Assembly: GCA_963733035.1 (NCBI GenBank)
Contig: CAVTBU010000006.1
Location: 640,001 to 704,000 of the forward strand
Source: Pirellulales bacterium
GTDB lineage: Bacteria > Planctomycetota > Planctomycetia > Pirellulales > PALSA-1355
Direction of reading: 5' to 3'
DNA length: 64,000 nt
Shown: one piece after another, positions 45,502 through 54,616 of the stretch
Position numbering within the stretch: the first letter of the stretch is position 1
Layout: each line of letters begins with the position of its first letter
Made by a program: the position numbers and the translations under genes
The notes under the pieces: model-generated
What the model was told of the DNA's origin: nothing
Seen by the model: only the letters and a program-made list of their open reading frames with translations
Databases searched by the model: none

Positions 45502-45876
45502 TTATTGCTCCACGTCGTTGGAGGTTGCGTTGTTGTGCGACGACCGTTCGCGAGCCGTCCGTTCGGCTCGCTGTTTGATGCCTTCTAGTTGATGGCTCCA
45601 GTAGCGCTCGTACGTCTTGACCCATTGATGCACGGGCTTGAGCCGCTCGACTTCCAATCGGTAGAGCCGTCGCTGCCCTTGCTTGCTGACGGATACCAGT
45701 CCCACTTTTCGCAGCACACCGAGATGCTTGGAAACTGCTGGCTGCGGCATCCGCAAGTGGTCGACGAGCTCACCGACGGCATGCTGGCTTCCTCCCCGCA
45801 ACAGGTCGATGATCTGTCGTCGCCGGGGTTCGGCAATGGCCTGGAAAACATCGGCGCTTGCGGCGGTTCGTGGCAT
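45502..45876 (-). CDS. ArsR/SmtB family transcriptional regulator
   Basis: DVFQAIAEPRRRQII, QPAVSKHLGVL and GQRRLYRL motifs. Confidence 0.92.
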   Translation of the reverse strand: MPRTAASADVFQAIAEPRRRQIIDLLRGGSQHAVGELVDHLRMPQPAVSKHLGVLRKVGLVSVSKQGQRRLYRLEVERLKPVHQWVKTYERYWSHQLEGIKQRAERTARERSSHNNATSNDVEQ

Positions 45877-45882
45877 GTCGCC

Positions 45883-45910
45883 AGTATATGCCAATAATGG
45901 AATATATCAA
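45883..45910 (-). promoter_or_regulatory. Leaderless sigma70 promoter with an overlapping palindromic operator
   Basis: TTGATA-N16-TATACT-N6-ATG; the imperfect inverted repeat TATATGCCA-ATAA-TGGAATATA spans the spacer. Confidence 0.7.
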
Positions 45911-46244
45911 GTCCAGCCGCCAGTTTTCCATATGGGCGACCTTGTTCCGGCGCGCGGCGCGGCCCGGCGTGGGATTTCCAGTACGAGTTACGCCGCAGGA
46001 CGGGCATATTCCAGGCAGTGCGGTTCGTTGGTTGCCGCGCACCGCGGCCAATCCGCTAGCACCGGCGGCATGACCCGCCGAATACGCGCGAAGTGCCTTG
46101 CCGAAATGCCAAAAGGCCCCTGGTGGATTGGCCGATATTCCCTAGGTAGGCACTTCTTCGCTTCCGTCCGGGCCCGCATACCCCGATGGAAGCATCCGTT
46201 TCCCGCCACGTTCAAGGCGCGGACACATCATCGGGGATCCAGCA

Positions 46245-47195
46245 ATGCGCGTGATCAGCGTGACTCCCGCAGGCCGTCGTCGTTATTTGGCGGCGCTCGT
46301 GCCGCATTTGTTGGCGCAGCGCCACGTCATCGACGAGCACCATTGGTGGCTCAACACTAACGATCCAGATGACGCCCGCTACGTAGAGCAGATCACCGCC
46401 GAGCATCCGGACTTTTTCAGAATTTGCCAAAAGCCGGTACGGTCCGATTTAAACATTGGGCAGAACATCTGGCGGTTCTTTGCGGAGTACTGCGAGCCCG
46501 ACACATTGTACTTACGGTTCGACGACGACATCGTCTATATGGCTCCGGACGCCGTTGAAAACCTGGTGCGTTTTCGCCTGGCACATCGCGAACCAGTCGT
46601 TGTGCTCGGCAACGTCGTCAACAACGGAGTCTGTTCGCATTTCCTGCAACAAGCTGGCCTCATACCACGAACCTGGGGTGAAGTAGAGAATTTCTGTCTG
46701 GACGGAAACGGTTGGGCGTGCGGCGAGTTTGCCTGCAAGCTTCATGGCCTGTTTCTCGACGAACTGCGTTGCGGAAACTGGGAACGCTGGAAACTTACAG
46801 ACCTGCCCGTCGACGGACGGCGTCGGTTCTCGGTCAATGTCGTGTCGTGGCTGGGAGAGGATCTTTGCCGCGTGCCGGAGGTTCATGGCGGGGTCGTCGA
46901 CGAGGAGTTGTTCTTGACGGTCGAGTTGCCGCGCCGCCTTGGCCGCTCGAATGCGGCTTGCGGCGACGCATTGTTTGCGCATTTCGCCTTCTTTACGCAG
47001 CGACCTTACCTTGAGTGGACTTGGCCACAGTTGATTGGCCACTACCAGGAAATCGCTCAGCGCCGCCAAACGGCGCCGTCATGGAACGAGCCGGCCCTCA
47101 CGCTGCTGCGGCACACGGCCTGGCGTTACGGCAAGCACGTGCGCAAGCTACGCCACAGCATTGAAAAGCGCAAGCAACGCCGCATGGCGGCGTAG
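46245..47195 (+). CDS. Hypothetical protein, probable GT-A glycosyltransferase-like fold
   Basis: VTPAGRRRYL N-terminus and YLRFDDDIVY (DxD-like) motif. Confidence 0.6.
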   Translation: MRVISVTPAGRRRYLAALVPHLLAQRHVIDEHHWWLNTNDPDDARYVEQITAEHPDFFRICQKPVRSDLNIGQNIWRFFAEYCEPDTLYLRFDDDIVYMAPDAVENLVRFRLAHREPVVVLGNVVNNGVCSHFLQQAGLIPRTWGEVENFCLDGNGWACGEFACKLHGLFLDELRCGNWERWKLTDLPVDGRRRFSVNVVSWLGEDLCRVPEVHGGVVDEELFLTVELPRRLGRSNAACGDALFAHFAFFTQRPYLEWTWPQLIGHYQEIAQRRQTAPSWNEPALTLLRHTAWRYGKHVRKLRHSIEKRKQRRMAA

Positions 47196-47197
47196 GC

Positions 47198-48745
47198 CTA
47201 GCGACTCGCTTTTGCGTTTTCCACTGGCCGAGGCGATGTGAACGGTGGTTTGGCCTCCGGCACCTTTGCCAACTCGGCCCGCAACTCTGCTACCAATGCT
47301 GGGCGTGATGAAGCGAGGTTCTGAGTCTCTTCCGGATCGCACTGATAGTCGTAGAGTTCCAGGTCGGAAGTATCCGCGGGCGCGCCCGGGTTCTTCCACT
47401 CCACCAGGCGATAGCGCGCCGTGCGCACGGCGCGACCTACCAGCGTCCCCTTGCCGCGTGGATTTCTGGGATATGCATGAAAGACGGCGGTTTTGGATGT
47501 CGTCTCGGGGTTGCACAACACGGACACGAGACTTTGGCCGTCGAGCGCTTGCATGGACGGCGTCGGCAGCCCGGCCAGTTCACAAAGAGTTGGATAAATG
47601 TCGACCGACTCGGCCAACGACGTGGTTCTGGTTCCGGGCTTGGCAAAGCCCGGAGCCACGATGAGCAGCGGAATGTGAGCGGCCTGTTCGTAGTTGGTGT
47701 GCTTGCACCAAATACCATGGTCGCCCAGGTGCCAGCCGTGATCGCCCCACAATACGATCACCGTGTTGTCCGCCAATTTGAGCCGATCAAGCTCGTCAAC
47801 CACGCGGCCTAGTTGGGCGTCCATGTAGCTTACGGCGGCATAGTAGCCGTGGATCAGGGTCCGCTGCAGCTCGTCGGGAACAGGACCCTGCTTCGGAATT
47901 CCGGCATATTGCCGCAGCTCACCGCCAAACTGCGGCGCGTAGGAGGGCGCGCCGTCTGGAGGCGTACGACGGGAGGCCAGGTTGAAGTCTTCCCGACGAT
48001 ATTGATCCCAGTATTTCGCCGGTGCACAAAAGGGGAGGTGCGGTTTGACAAAACCGATCGCCATGAAGAAGGGCTGCCCGGGCCGCGTGGCTGCGGCTTG
48101 CAGGCGGCGGATCGCTTCATCGGCCAGGATGCCGTCTGGATATGCGTTGTCTGGCACTTCGGCACGTTCGTAAGCGGCCCCTCTCGGCAGACCTCGCGCC
48201 GATCGATTGGCGAACAAGGCCTCCTCGCGAGTCAATTCACCGCCGGCTCGGCTTTCCGGCAGTACATAGGCCACAACGTTCGCCTTCCAGTGCGGCACCG
48301 ACCAGGATTCCGGATCTTCGTGATTGCCATGGCCCACGTGAAAGATTTTACCCAAGCCTTCGCTTTGGTAGCCATGTTGCTTGAACCACTGCGGCAGTGC
48401 AATCGCGTCTGGAGTGGCCTGGCGAAAGTTCGTGCCGAGATCGTAAATGCCGGTTGTCTGTGGTCGCAATCCCGTGAGCAGTGCATTGCGCGACGGTGCG
48501 CAAACAGCTTGATTACAATAGGTCCGCTCGAAGAGCAAACCACGCGAGGCCAGCCGGTTGATGTTCGGGGAGCGTGCCAATGCATCTCCGTAGCAGCCGA
48601 GCGCTGGCTTGAGGTCATCGACACAGATCAAGAGGATGTTTGGATGCGGCTTTTCAACGGCGACGGCGAACGCGACGGATATTCCAAGGCCGTTTACTAG
48701 CGCAAAGCCAAGTAGGAAAACCCAACGGCGTCTATGGAGCATCAT
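47198..48745 (-). CDS. Exported sulfatase (iduronate-2-sulfatase-like)
   Basis: PNILLICVDDL, CAPSR, GKIFH, KPHLPF and WGDHGWHLGDHGIWCKH motifs. Confidence 0.92.
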   Translation of the reverse strand: MMLHRRRWVFLLGFALVNGLGISVAFAVAVEKPHPNILLICVDDLKPALGCYGDALARSPNINRLASRGLLFERTYCNQAVCAPSRNALLTGLRPQTTGIYDLGTNFRQATPDAIALPQWFKQHGYQSEGLGKIFHVGHGNHEDPESWSVPHWKANVVAYVLPESRAGGELTREEALFANRSARGLPRGAAYERAEVPDNAYPDGILADEAIRRLQAAATRPGQPFFMAIGFVKPHLPFCAPAKYWDQYRREDFNLASRRTPPDGAPSYAPQFGGELRQYAGIPKQGPVPDELQRTLIHGYYAAVSYMDAQLGRVVDELDRLKLADNTVIVLWGDHGWHLGDHGIWCKHTNYEQAAHIPLLIVAPGFAKPGTRTTSLAESVDIYPTLCELAGLPTPSMQALDGQSLVSVLCNPETTSKTAVFHAYPRNPRGKGTLVGRAVRTARYRLVEWKNPGAPADTSDLELYDYQCDPEETQNLASSRPALVAELRAELAKVPEAKPPFTSPRPVENAKASR

Positions 48746-48790
48746 TTCACCTTCCAGTCCGGCTAGCGGCGAGACGCGTGCCATTGTAGC

Positions 48791-49549
48791 TCACTGCACT
48801 ATCAAGGGCCGACCAGGTGTTTCGATCTGCTGCATATATTTTGGATTGGAATGCGCGCCACTGAGCGTGCGAACGAGGGGGCACGTGCTCTTCGCGTCCT
48901 TTCCGCGCCGATAGGACTCCAGCAGTTCCTTCGATTTCTGCGCGAGCATTCGACGAACTTCGCGGCGTTTGCCTTTGGTGCGAGGAATAGTCATCGCGTC
49001 GTAGGCTGTGGTCTGGTGTCTCAGCCAGGCAATGACCGCCGCCTCGGCTCGCTTTTCGACCGGGATTCGCTTGGTGCGGGCCACCGTGCCGCTGCCAACG
49101 GGCGTCGCGTGCAACGTAACGGCGCGGGCCAGCCGTTGCGCCAACTTCTGGTATCGGTTGTGAAATGCGAGATACGCCATCACGGCATGGAAAAAGTCTT
49201 CGACGTATTCGGCCTGAGCCCGACGGCGGCGCTCGGCATCGGCCTGTCGCCGTTTGGCGTAGCTCGCCGTGGAACGTTCCGCGAACAGTTGCTTGCGAAT
49301 TCGCTCAATTAGTTCCGCGGGCGCCCACAACCCGTGCGAGTACACCCGGCCTCCCTTGTTCTCTTGCACCCGCCAATGTGGGCCGGCAAGTTTGACCCGT
49401 CGGGTCAATGCGGCATCACCCGGCGGCAGGTGAACCCAGTCGGCCGGCACGCTCAGAACGGCACCGCGCCGATCGCGCACCGTTCGAGCCCGGGGCCCGG
49501 GCGAAAAACTCTCCACGGCTGGTTGTGATTTCAACGCCGTACTCCCCAT
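48791..49549 (-). CDS. DUF2293-like domain protein
   Basis: LPPGDAALTRRVK, HATPVGSGTVART and AVIAWLRHQTTAYD; family assigned from recall, start uncertain. Confidence 0.7.
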   Translation of the reverse strand: MGSTALKSQPAVESFSPGPRARTVRDRRGAVLSVPADWVHLPPGDAALTRRVKLAGPHWRVQENKGGRVYSHGLWAPAELIERIRKQLFAERSTASYAKRRQADAERRRRAQAEYVEDFFHAVMAYLAFHNRYQKLAQRLARAVTLHATPVGSGTVARTKRIPVEKRAEAAVIAWLRHQTTAYDAMTIPRTKGKRREVRRMLAQKSKELLESYRRGKDAKSTCPLVRTLSGAHSNPKYMQQIETPGRPLIVQ

Positions 49550-49650
49550 CAGTGCGCGTTGCTGCCGATCATCAAGTTGGCAATCATACGAGGCGCCCTG
49601 GCTCAAATTCAAGCAATTCCGTGGCAACGGGTGACCATCACGCGGCACCT

Positions 49651-50295
49651 TCAAGAAGCCGGTTTGCTTGGTGCCGTCGGCTCAAAAGCCGCGGCGGCCA
49701 GCCGACGGGCGTGATTGCGTACGTCGGTGGGCCAGGTTTCGGTGAGCTCGTGGAATTTTTCCGCGTTGGGAGCAAACAGGGCCCGCGTCACCTCCTCAAA
49801 CCCCGGCAGGTTTCCCGCCAGTGCGTGCAGAAACCGGTAGGCAGCCTCTTGACCGCGACGAATTGCGTCAGCCGTTTGCCGCGAGCGACGAGCGTCGTCC
49901 ACCAGCTTGCGCAAGGCAACCGAGGCTCCGCCGGGCTGCGCGCTGAGCCATTCCCAATGCCGGGGGAGCAGTGTGACCTCGCGCGCCACCACGCCCAGCT
50001 TTGGCCGGCCACGGCCCCGCGGGGTGGAGTCCGTAGCACCTTTAGCGTGCCGCCCCGCCGAGTCGACGCTTGAGCGCGTCTCCGGCAGCTCCAGTCGACG
50101 TAGGACGTCTCCCAATGGGCCGCGAAAGTCGACCTCCAAAAGTTCGCTGGTGGTTTCGTCAAAAACGAGCACTGGCGCCCGCTCTCCGCGTTCAAGCACG
50201 GCCTTGGTCTTGGCGACCACGTTCTTGATTTCGCCCGATGCGATCCGCTCGAACCCTTCAAAAGCAATACAGTGGCTAGATGCCGTTGGGTGCAT
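49651..50295 (-). CDS. DUF2239 family protein (RHH-like DNA-binding motif)
   Basis: RGRGRPKLGVVAREVTLLPRHWEWL...GGASVALRKLV...AGNLPGFEE. Confidence 0.85.
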   Translation of the reverse strand: MHPTASSHCIAFEGFERIASGEIKNVVAKTKAVLERGERAPVLVFDETTSELLEVDFRGPLGDVLRRLELPETRSSVDSAGRHAKGATDSTPRGRGRPKLGVVAREVTLLPRHWEWLSAQPGGASVALRKLVDDARRSRQTADAIRRGQEAAYRFLHALAGNLPGFEEVTRALFAPNAEKFHELTETWPTDVRNHARRLAAAAFEPTAPSKPAS

Positions 50296-50333
50296 GGCGT
50301 GCGATTCCTCGGTTGAATGGGAGTTTCCTGGAG

Positions 50334-50375
50334 TTTTACCCGGATATAAATTATCGTCAATAGTCCCGGGTAAAA
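50334..50375. promoter_or_regulatory. Inverted-repeat operator upstream of DUF2239
   Basis: Perfect 10-bp inverted repeat TTTTACCCGG-N22-CCGGGTAAAA flanking a minus-strand TTGACG. Confidence 0.65.
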
Positions 50376-50554
50376 TTAAGAAACTTCGCCGGTTGATTGC
50401 CAACCTCGGTGTCGCCGTGCGGATCGGCTCCCATCGAACACGGCCAGCGAGATCACTCGAATCGCATCCATCGAGGCCCAATTGATGCAGCTGCGCGGAT
50501 TCGTCGGCAAGCGAGCCTTAGATTCGGAGATGGATTCACCCCCCCCCCGCTACG

Positions 50555-51796
50555 CTAACTTGCGCTCAAATCAACGGCTGAAGCATAGAGGAAGAAGAGC
50601 AGCGTGCCGATCAAGATCAGCACGGTGAGCCACGAATTTTTGTAACGGCTGCCGACCCAATCGGCTCGTCCGTTGAGCACCAGCAGCACGACGGCCAGCA
50701 TGGGTACGAACGCGGCCCCCACAACGGCATAGGATTGCTGCACCAGACGAAAATTGGTGCCCGCCATCCCTAGGATTGGCACTACCGCGATCGCATACAG
50801 ATAGCCGCGGTAGGGGAGGCTCGACGTATCGACCCTTTCGTGATGCCGCTCTCCGCCGCGCATCCGCCACAGGTCGGCGAACAAGTAGGGCACGCTTTGC
50901 CACACGCCAAACAGGCTGCTGAATACCGCGCCCCAAGCTCCGGCCAAAAAAGCCCATCGGGCCAGCGGGCCGGCGTGACCAAAGGTTAATTTCAATTTCT
51001 GCGACATTTCGACAACCAATGTCGCTCCGCCGCCGGGAAGTTCGCCAAGAGAATTGCCGATGATGACCATTGCCAGACCGAACAGAGCCGTCGCCGCGTA
51101 GCCCGCCGCCAGATCGACGCGACAGGTTGTAAGATCTTCGACGCTGGTGCGATTTTCCTCGCGAATCCAGTAGCCATAGCACAGAATGGTGACCGTTCCG
51201 CCCACGCCGCCCAAAAGCGCGATCGTCCAAACCGCTCCGCCCGTGGGGATTCTCGGAACTAGTAAACCACGGATCATGTCTATCGGGTCGGGGCGTAGTG
51301 CGACTGCCGTCACCAGTACGACGACGAACATCACCGCGATACAAACGCTCATCACTCTTTCGAAAAGCTTGTATCCTCCGATCTGGACCAGCGCCACGGC
51401 GACCAGGCTGTGCAGCACGCCGTAGATGATTTTGTCGCGAGCAGCCGAATCGGTCAGCGGGTAGATGGCATGGCATGTCACGCCGACCGCTCCCATCAAT
51501 GCCGCGGCGACAAAATAGCTCCAAACGAACAAGTAGGCCAGGAAGAACCAGCGAGCCGGTCGTCCAAGCCGTTCCACACAACCCTCGATGAGCGTGCTCC
51601 CGGTGGCCAATTGCCAGCGTGTGAGCCCCTCGTTCAGCACGAACTTCAGAAAGGCGCCTAGCACGGCAGCCCACAGAATAGCCAGACCAAGGGTGCTGCC
51701 GGCAAACGATGCCGTTGCCAAATCGCCGGCGCCAACGCCGGTGGCGGCAACTAAGATTCCCGGTCCGAACGACCGCAGCAAGGTCTTAGCGTTCAT
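50555..51796 (-). CDS. Nramp-related transporter (non-DPGN type)
   Basis: GPGILVAATGVGAGDL and EGLTRWQLATG motifs; about 11 TM segments; canonical DPGN motif absent. Confidence 0.8.
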   Translation of the reverse strand: MNAKTLLRSFGPGILVAATGVGAGDLATASFAGSTLGLAILWAAVLGAFLKFVLNEGLTRWQLATGSTLIEGCVERLGRPARWFFLAYLFVWSYFVAAALMGAVGVTCHAIYPLTDSAARDKIIYGVLHSLVAVALVQIGGYKLFERVMSVCIAVMFVVVLVTAVALRPDPIDMIRGLLVPRIPTGGAVWTIALLGGVGGTVTILCYGYWIREENRTSVEDLTTCRVDLAAGYAATALFGLAMVIIGNSLGELPGGGATLVVEMSQKLKLTFGHAGPLARWAFLAGAWGAVFSSLFGVWQSVPYLFADLWRMRGGERHHERVDTSSLPYRGYLYAIAVVPILGMAGTNFRLVQQSYAVVGAAFVPMLAVVLLVLNGRADWVGSRYKNSWLTVLILIGTLLFFLYASAVDLSAS

Positions 51797-52017
51797 GGAG
51801 CCCCTTTTGACAGAGTAGTAGAACCGGTGCCGGCTCCGTTATAAGCTGTCCGTTCACTCAGTAACATCGCAATGGGACAGCACGGCCGTCGTGGCCCGAC
51901 GTTCGTGCCGAGGAACCGCCGGCGTGGAGCAACCACCTCGAATTTTGCCCCCCTTTACATACTTGCCGAGCTAGGAGCTCTGCCACTTACGGTCCGCAAG
52001 CCGAGGACGATGGGGCG

Positions 52018-53163
52018 CTAAGAATTGCGAGAAGGCTCAGGGTCTGAAGGTTGAGTGCGGTGCGACGAGTCGCCATTGTCGGGTACCGATTCCGGACTTT
52101 GGTTTTGCTGAAGTGTTGAGAGCGCTTGCTTTTGCTCGGTGGTTAGAAGTCCCAAGCTTCGGCGGCCCAAGATCAGTTGCGGATCGTCTTCGCCGATCAC
52201 CTCCGACAGCGACTTCGCGGCAGTTCGGCTCTCGACCATCAACCGGCGCAAACGCATCCGTTGAGCTTCTGTTAGCCCGAGTTGCCGGGAGATGTCAGGC
52301 CTCAAGAGGAAATCGGGTTGCGCAGAGCGGATGATGCCCCGGTCCAACTTGATGTTCGGCAGATGAGACAACTTGGGTGCCTCGGCCGCTTTGCGCGCAC
52401 CCTTTAACAGACCAGGCGGTACCGAAGGGAGCCGCAATTTTCCAAGCTGGCGATTGCGCGTCTCGCTCGAGGCGGAACCTCGCTTTGTCTTCTTGTCCGT
52501 GCCCGTCGGTTTCCAAGGTTCTCGTGAGTCGGGTTCCGATCCGATTGACCGACGATGCTTCTCCACTTCGTGTTTGAGTGACAGAACGGCTTTTGGCGCT
52601 AATTCGAGAGGATTGCGTATCTTTGCCACGCGGGCTTCGGAGTGACTGCCGTCTATTGGATTCAGCGGCCTGGATTGATTGAGCGCGTAGAGAATTCCTC
52701 CGCCGATCACACACAAACCCGCAACAATCGCAACGGCGGACCCCAACATCGACTGCGTGAGTGCAAACATGCGCGGCCGACGAAGCAGCGTCATGCTTCC
52801 TTTGCACTGCCGGGCCATCTCCCACGTTTCGTCGTCTGAAATGCGTTTCAGACCCAGCCGGGTGCGGCTGGTCAGGTGACAGCCTTCGAACCTTTCGACA
52901 CCTACGTCCTCCATGTCAATGAAAACGACGAGGACCTTGAACCACTCGTCACCGACGTGCAGCATGAGCATGTCGCCCGCTCTGCAGTCCGCGATGTGAT
53001 CAAACTCGACCGCGAAGCCACCGGCCGATTCGTCGACCACCACGACCGGAAACGGTATTTCACCGATCTTAAGCTGGCCGTCGCGCCGGATTCCGCTTAC
53101 TGGGAAGCGAAACGCCGCACGACGTTCGGGTGGAGCTGCACGCTTGCGACGGGAGCGAGACAT
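52018..53163 (-). CDS. PilZ-domain membrane protein with C-terminal LTxxQ motifs
   Basis: ERRAAFR (RxxxR) and DESAGG (DxSxxG); single TM segment; LGLTEAQ and LLTTEQ. Confidence 0.72.
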   Translation of the reverse strand: MSRSRRKRAAPPERRAAFRFPVSGIRRDGQLKIGEIPFPVVVVDESAGGFAVEFDHIADCRAGDMLMLHVGDEWFKVLVVFIDMEDVGVERFEGCHLTSRTRLGLKRISDDETWEMARQCKGSMTLLRRPRMFALTQSMLGSAVAIVAGLCVIGGGILYALNQSRPLNPIDGSHSEARVAKIRNPLELAPKAVLSLKHEVEKHRRSIGSEPDSREPWKPTGTDKKTKRGSASSETRNRQLGKLRLPSVPPGLLKGARKAAEAPKLSHLPNIKLDRGIIRSAQPDFLLRPDISRQLGLTEAQRMRLRRLMVESRTAAKSLSEVIGEDDPQLILGRRSLGLLTTEQKQALSTLQQNQSPESVPDNGDSSHRTQPSDPEPSRNS

Positions 53164-53557
53164 GGGCCGGTTCGATGCAAAGTGAATGCCAGCAGTGATT
53201 TCTAAGGATTGCAAAGGGCGAGAGCATTGCTGCTCTATTTGAAAGGATAGGCCAAGAAGGCATTACCGACGGTGCGGTGGTAACGATTTTCAGGGTTCCG
53301 ACTGGCGCCAACGTGGAACGTCGCCGGTGAGAGCGGAGGCTCCGTCCGCGAACTGACATCACAGCTTAGATCGGAAACCATGCGTCCAGGTCGGAGTGGA
53401 TTAAGAATTCGCCTTCGAGTGCTCCGCGAGCAACGGATTCTGGTGGTGGGGTTAGGATACTACCTGATCCCATGCGGGTTAGACGCGGCGGAGATGGGGA
53501 AAGTTCCCCGACAACAAGGCACGAGACGAGCCCGAAAGATTTCCCAATCGGAGGGCG

Positions 53558-54616
53558 TTAGGCGCGCATTCGTCCGGTGAATGCCATCAGTTGAGCCTGG
53601 GCTTGTTTATAGGCTGGGTCGCGCAACCGCTGGCTTGCCCCCAGTAGCGAGAGACTCGTACTGTCCACATTGAATCCGAGCTGATTGCCTAGCATCCGAC
53701 GGCGTTTCATGATCGCGTATTTGAGCCTGCGATTGCCCAACAGGCCCAGCATCCCCAAGACGTATCCGCCCGGATAGAAAGGCGCCGTGCGCGTGGCCAG
53801 GGCGAAATACGCCATCGCCGTTTCGTGGAGGCCGAGAATGGCATTCTTCGCGCCGTGGGAGCAGAACGAGCGAGCGCGTTCCACAGCGGACAAACCGCGA
53901 AATTCACGGCCCTGCATGATATGGCGCTGAACCGCGAGCTCGGCGTTGAGCGCTTGCAGGCGGTTCGAGGCAATGGTCATCGATTCGTGATGCCGATAAC
54001 ACATCAGAGGTTCATCGACAAATTGAAAGTGCCAGTTGCCGGCCAACCGTCGCCAGAAGTCGTAGTCTTCGGCACAATGCATGCTCGTGTCAAAGCGAAC
54101 GCCGCTCAGGCATTGACGCCGCACCATCGACGACACGGTGAGAAAGCAGCGACGCGAAAGTTCCGCCAACACCATTCCTGAAGGGCGTAGCCCTGGCATC
54201 GCTTCCGAGTAAAGTTCGACTGCATCCCCCCGGTCGTTGACGATCAATGCGTCGGAATAGACCACGCCGATTCTGGTATCCTTGACTAGCGCGGCAGCGC
54301 AAGTCTCGAGATTTGTCGGCAGCAGCATGTCGTCAGAATCGAGAAACATGATTGCGTCGCCACGAGCCTGGTCAAGGCCGACATTACGCGCGACCGAGCG
54401 ACCGCGGTTCGGTTGACGAATCACTCGCACGGACGGTCCATACCCGGCCAATATTTCAGGTGTCTCGTCAGTCGAGCCGTCATCAATGACAAGAATTTCA
54501 TAGGGAGGATGCGATTGGTTCAGTGCGCTATCCACCGCGTCGCGGATGTATTTCGCGCGATTGAACGTGGGAATGATAACGGTGACTTTCAAGTCGGCCG
54601 GTGAATTCATGGACAT
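53558..54616 (-). CDS. Glycosyltransferase family 2
   Basis: VIIPTFNR, VIDDGSTD, FLDSDD and EDYDFW motifs. Confidence 0.92.
   Translation of the reverse strand: MSMNSPADLKVTVIIPTFNRAKYIRDAVDSALNQSHPPYEILVIDDGSTDETPEILAGYGPSVRVIRQPNRGRSVARNVGLDQARGDAIMFLDSDDMLLPTNLETCAAALVKDTRIGVVYSDALIVNDRGDAVELYSEAMPGLRPSGMVLAELSRRCFLTVSSMVRRQCLSGVRFDTSMHCAEDYDFWRRLAGNWHFQFVDEPLMCYRHHESMTIASNRLQALNAELAVQRHIMQGREFRGLSAVERARSFCSHGAKNAILGLHETAMAYFALATRTAPFYPGGYVLGMLGLLGNRRLKYAIMKRRRMLGNQLGFNVDSTSLSLLGASQRLRDPAYKQAQAQLMAFTGRMRA

Noticed and set aside
50539..50548. C10 homopolymer as a phase-variation tract
   Set aside because: Intergenic, just past a stop codon and about 165 nt from the nearest putative operator; no evident target
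50571..51674. 367-aa Arg-rich ORF
   Set aside because: Off-frame overlap of the Nramp-like gene
51797..52017. Metal riboswitch upstream of the Nramp-like gene
   Set aside because: Only generic GC-rich hairpins; no recognisable consensus
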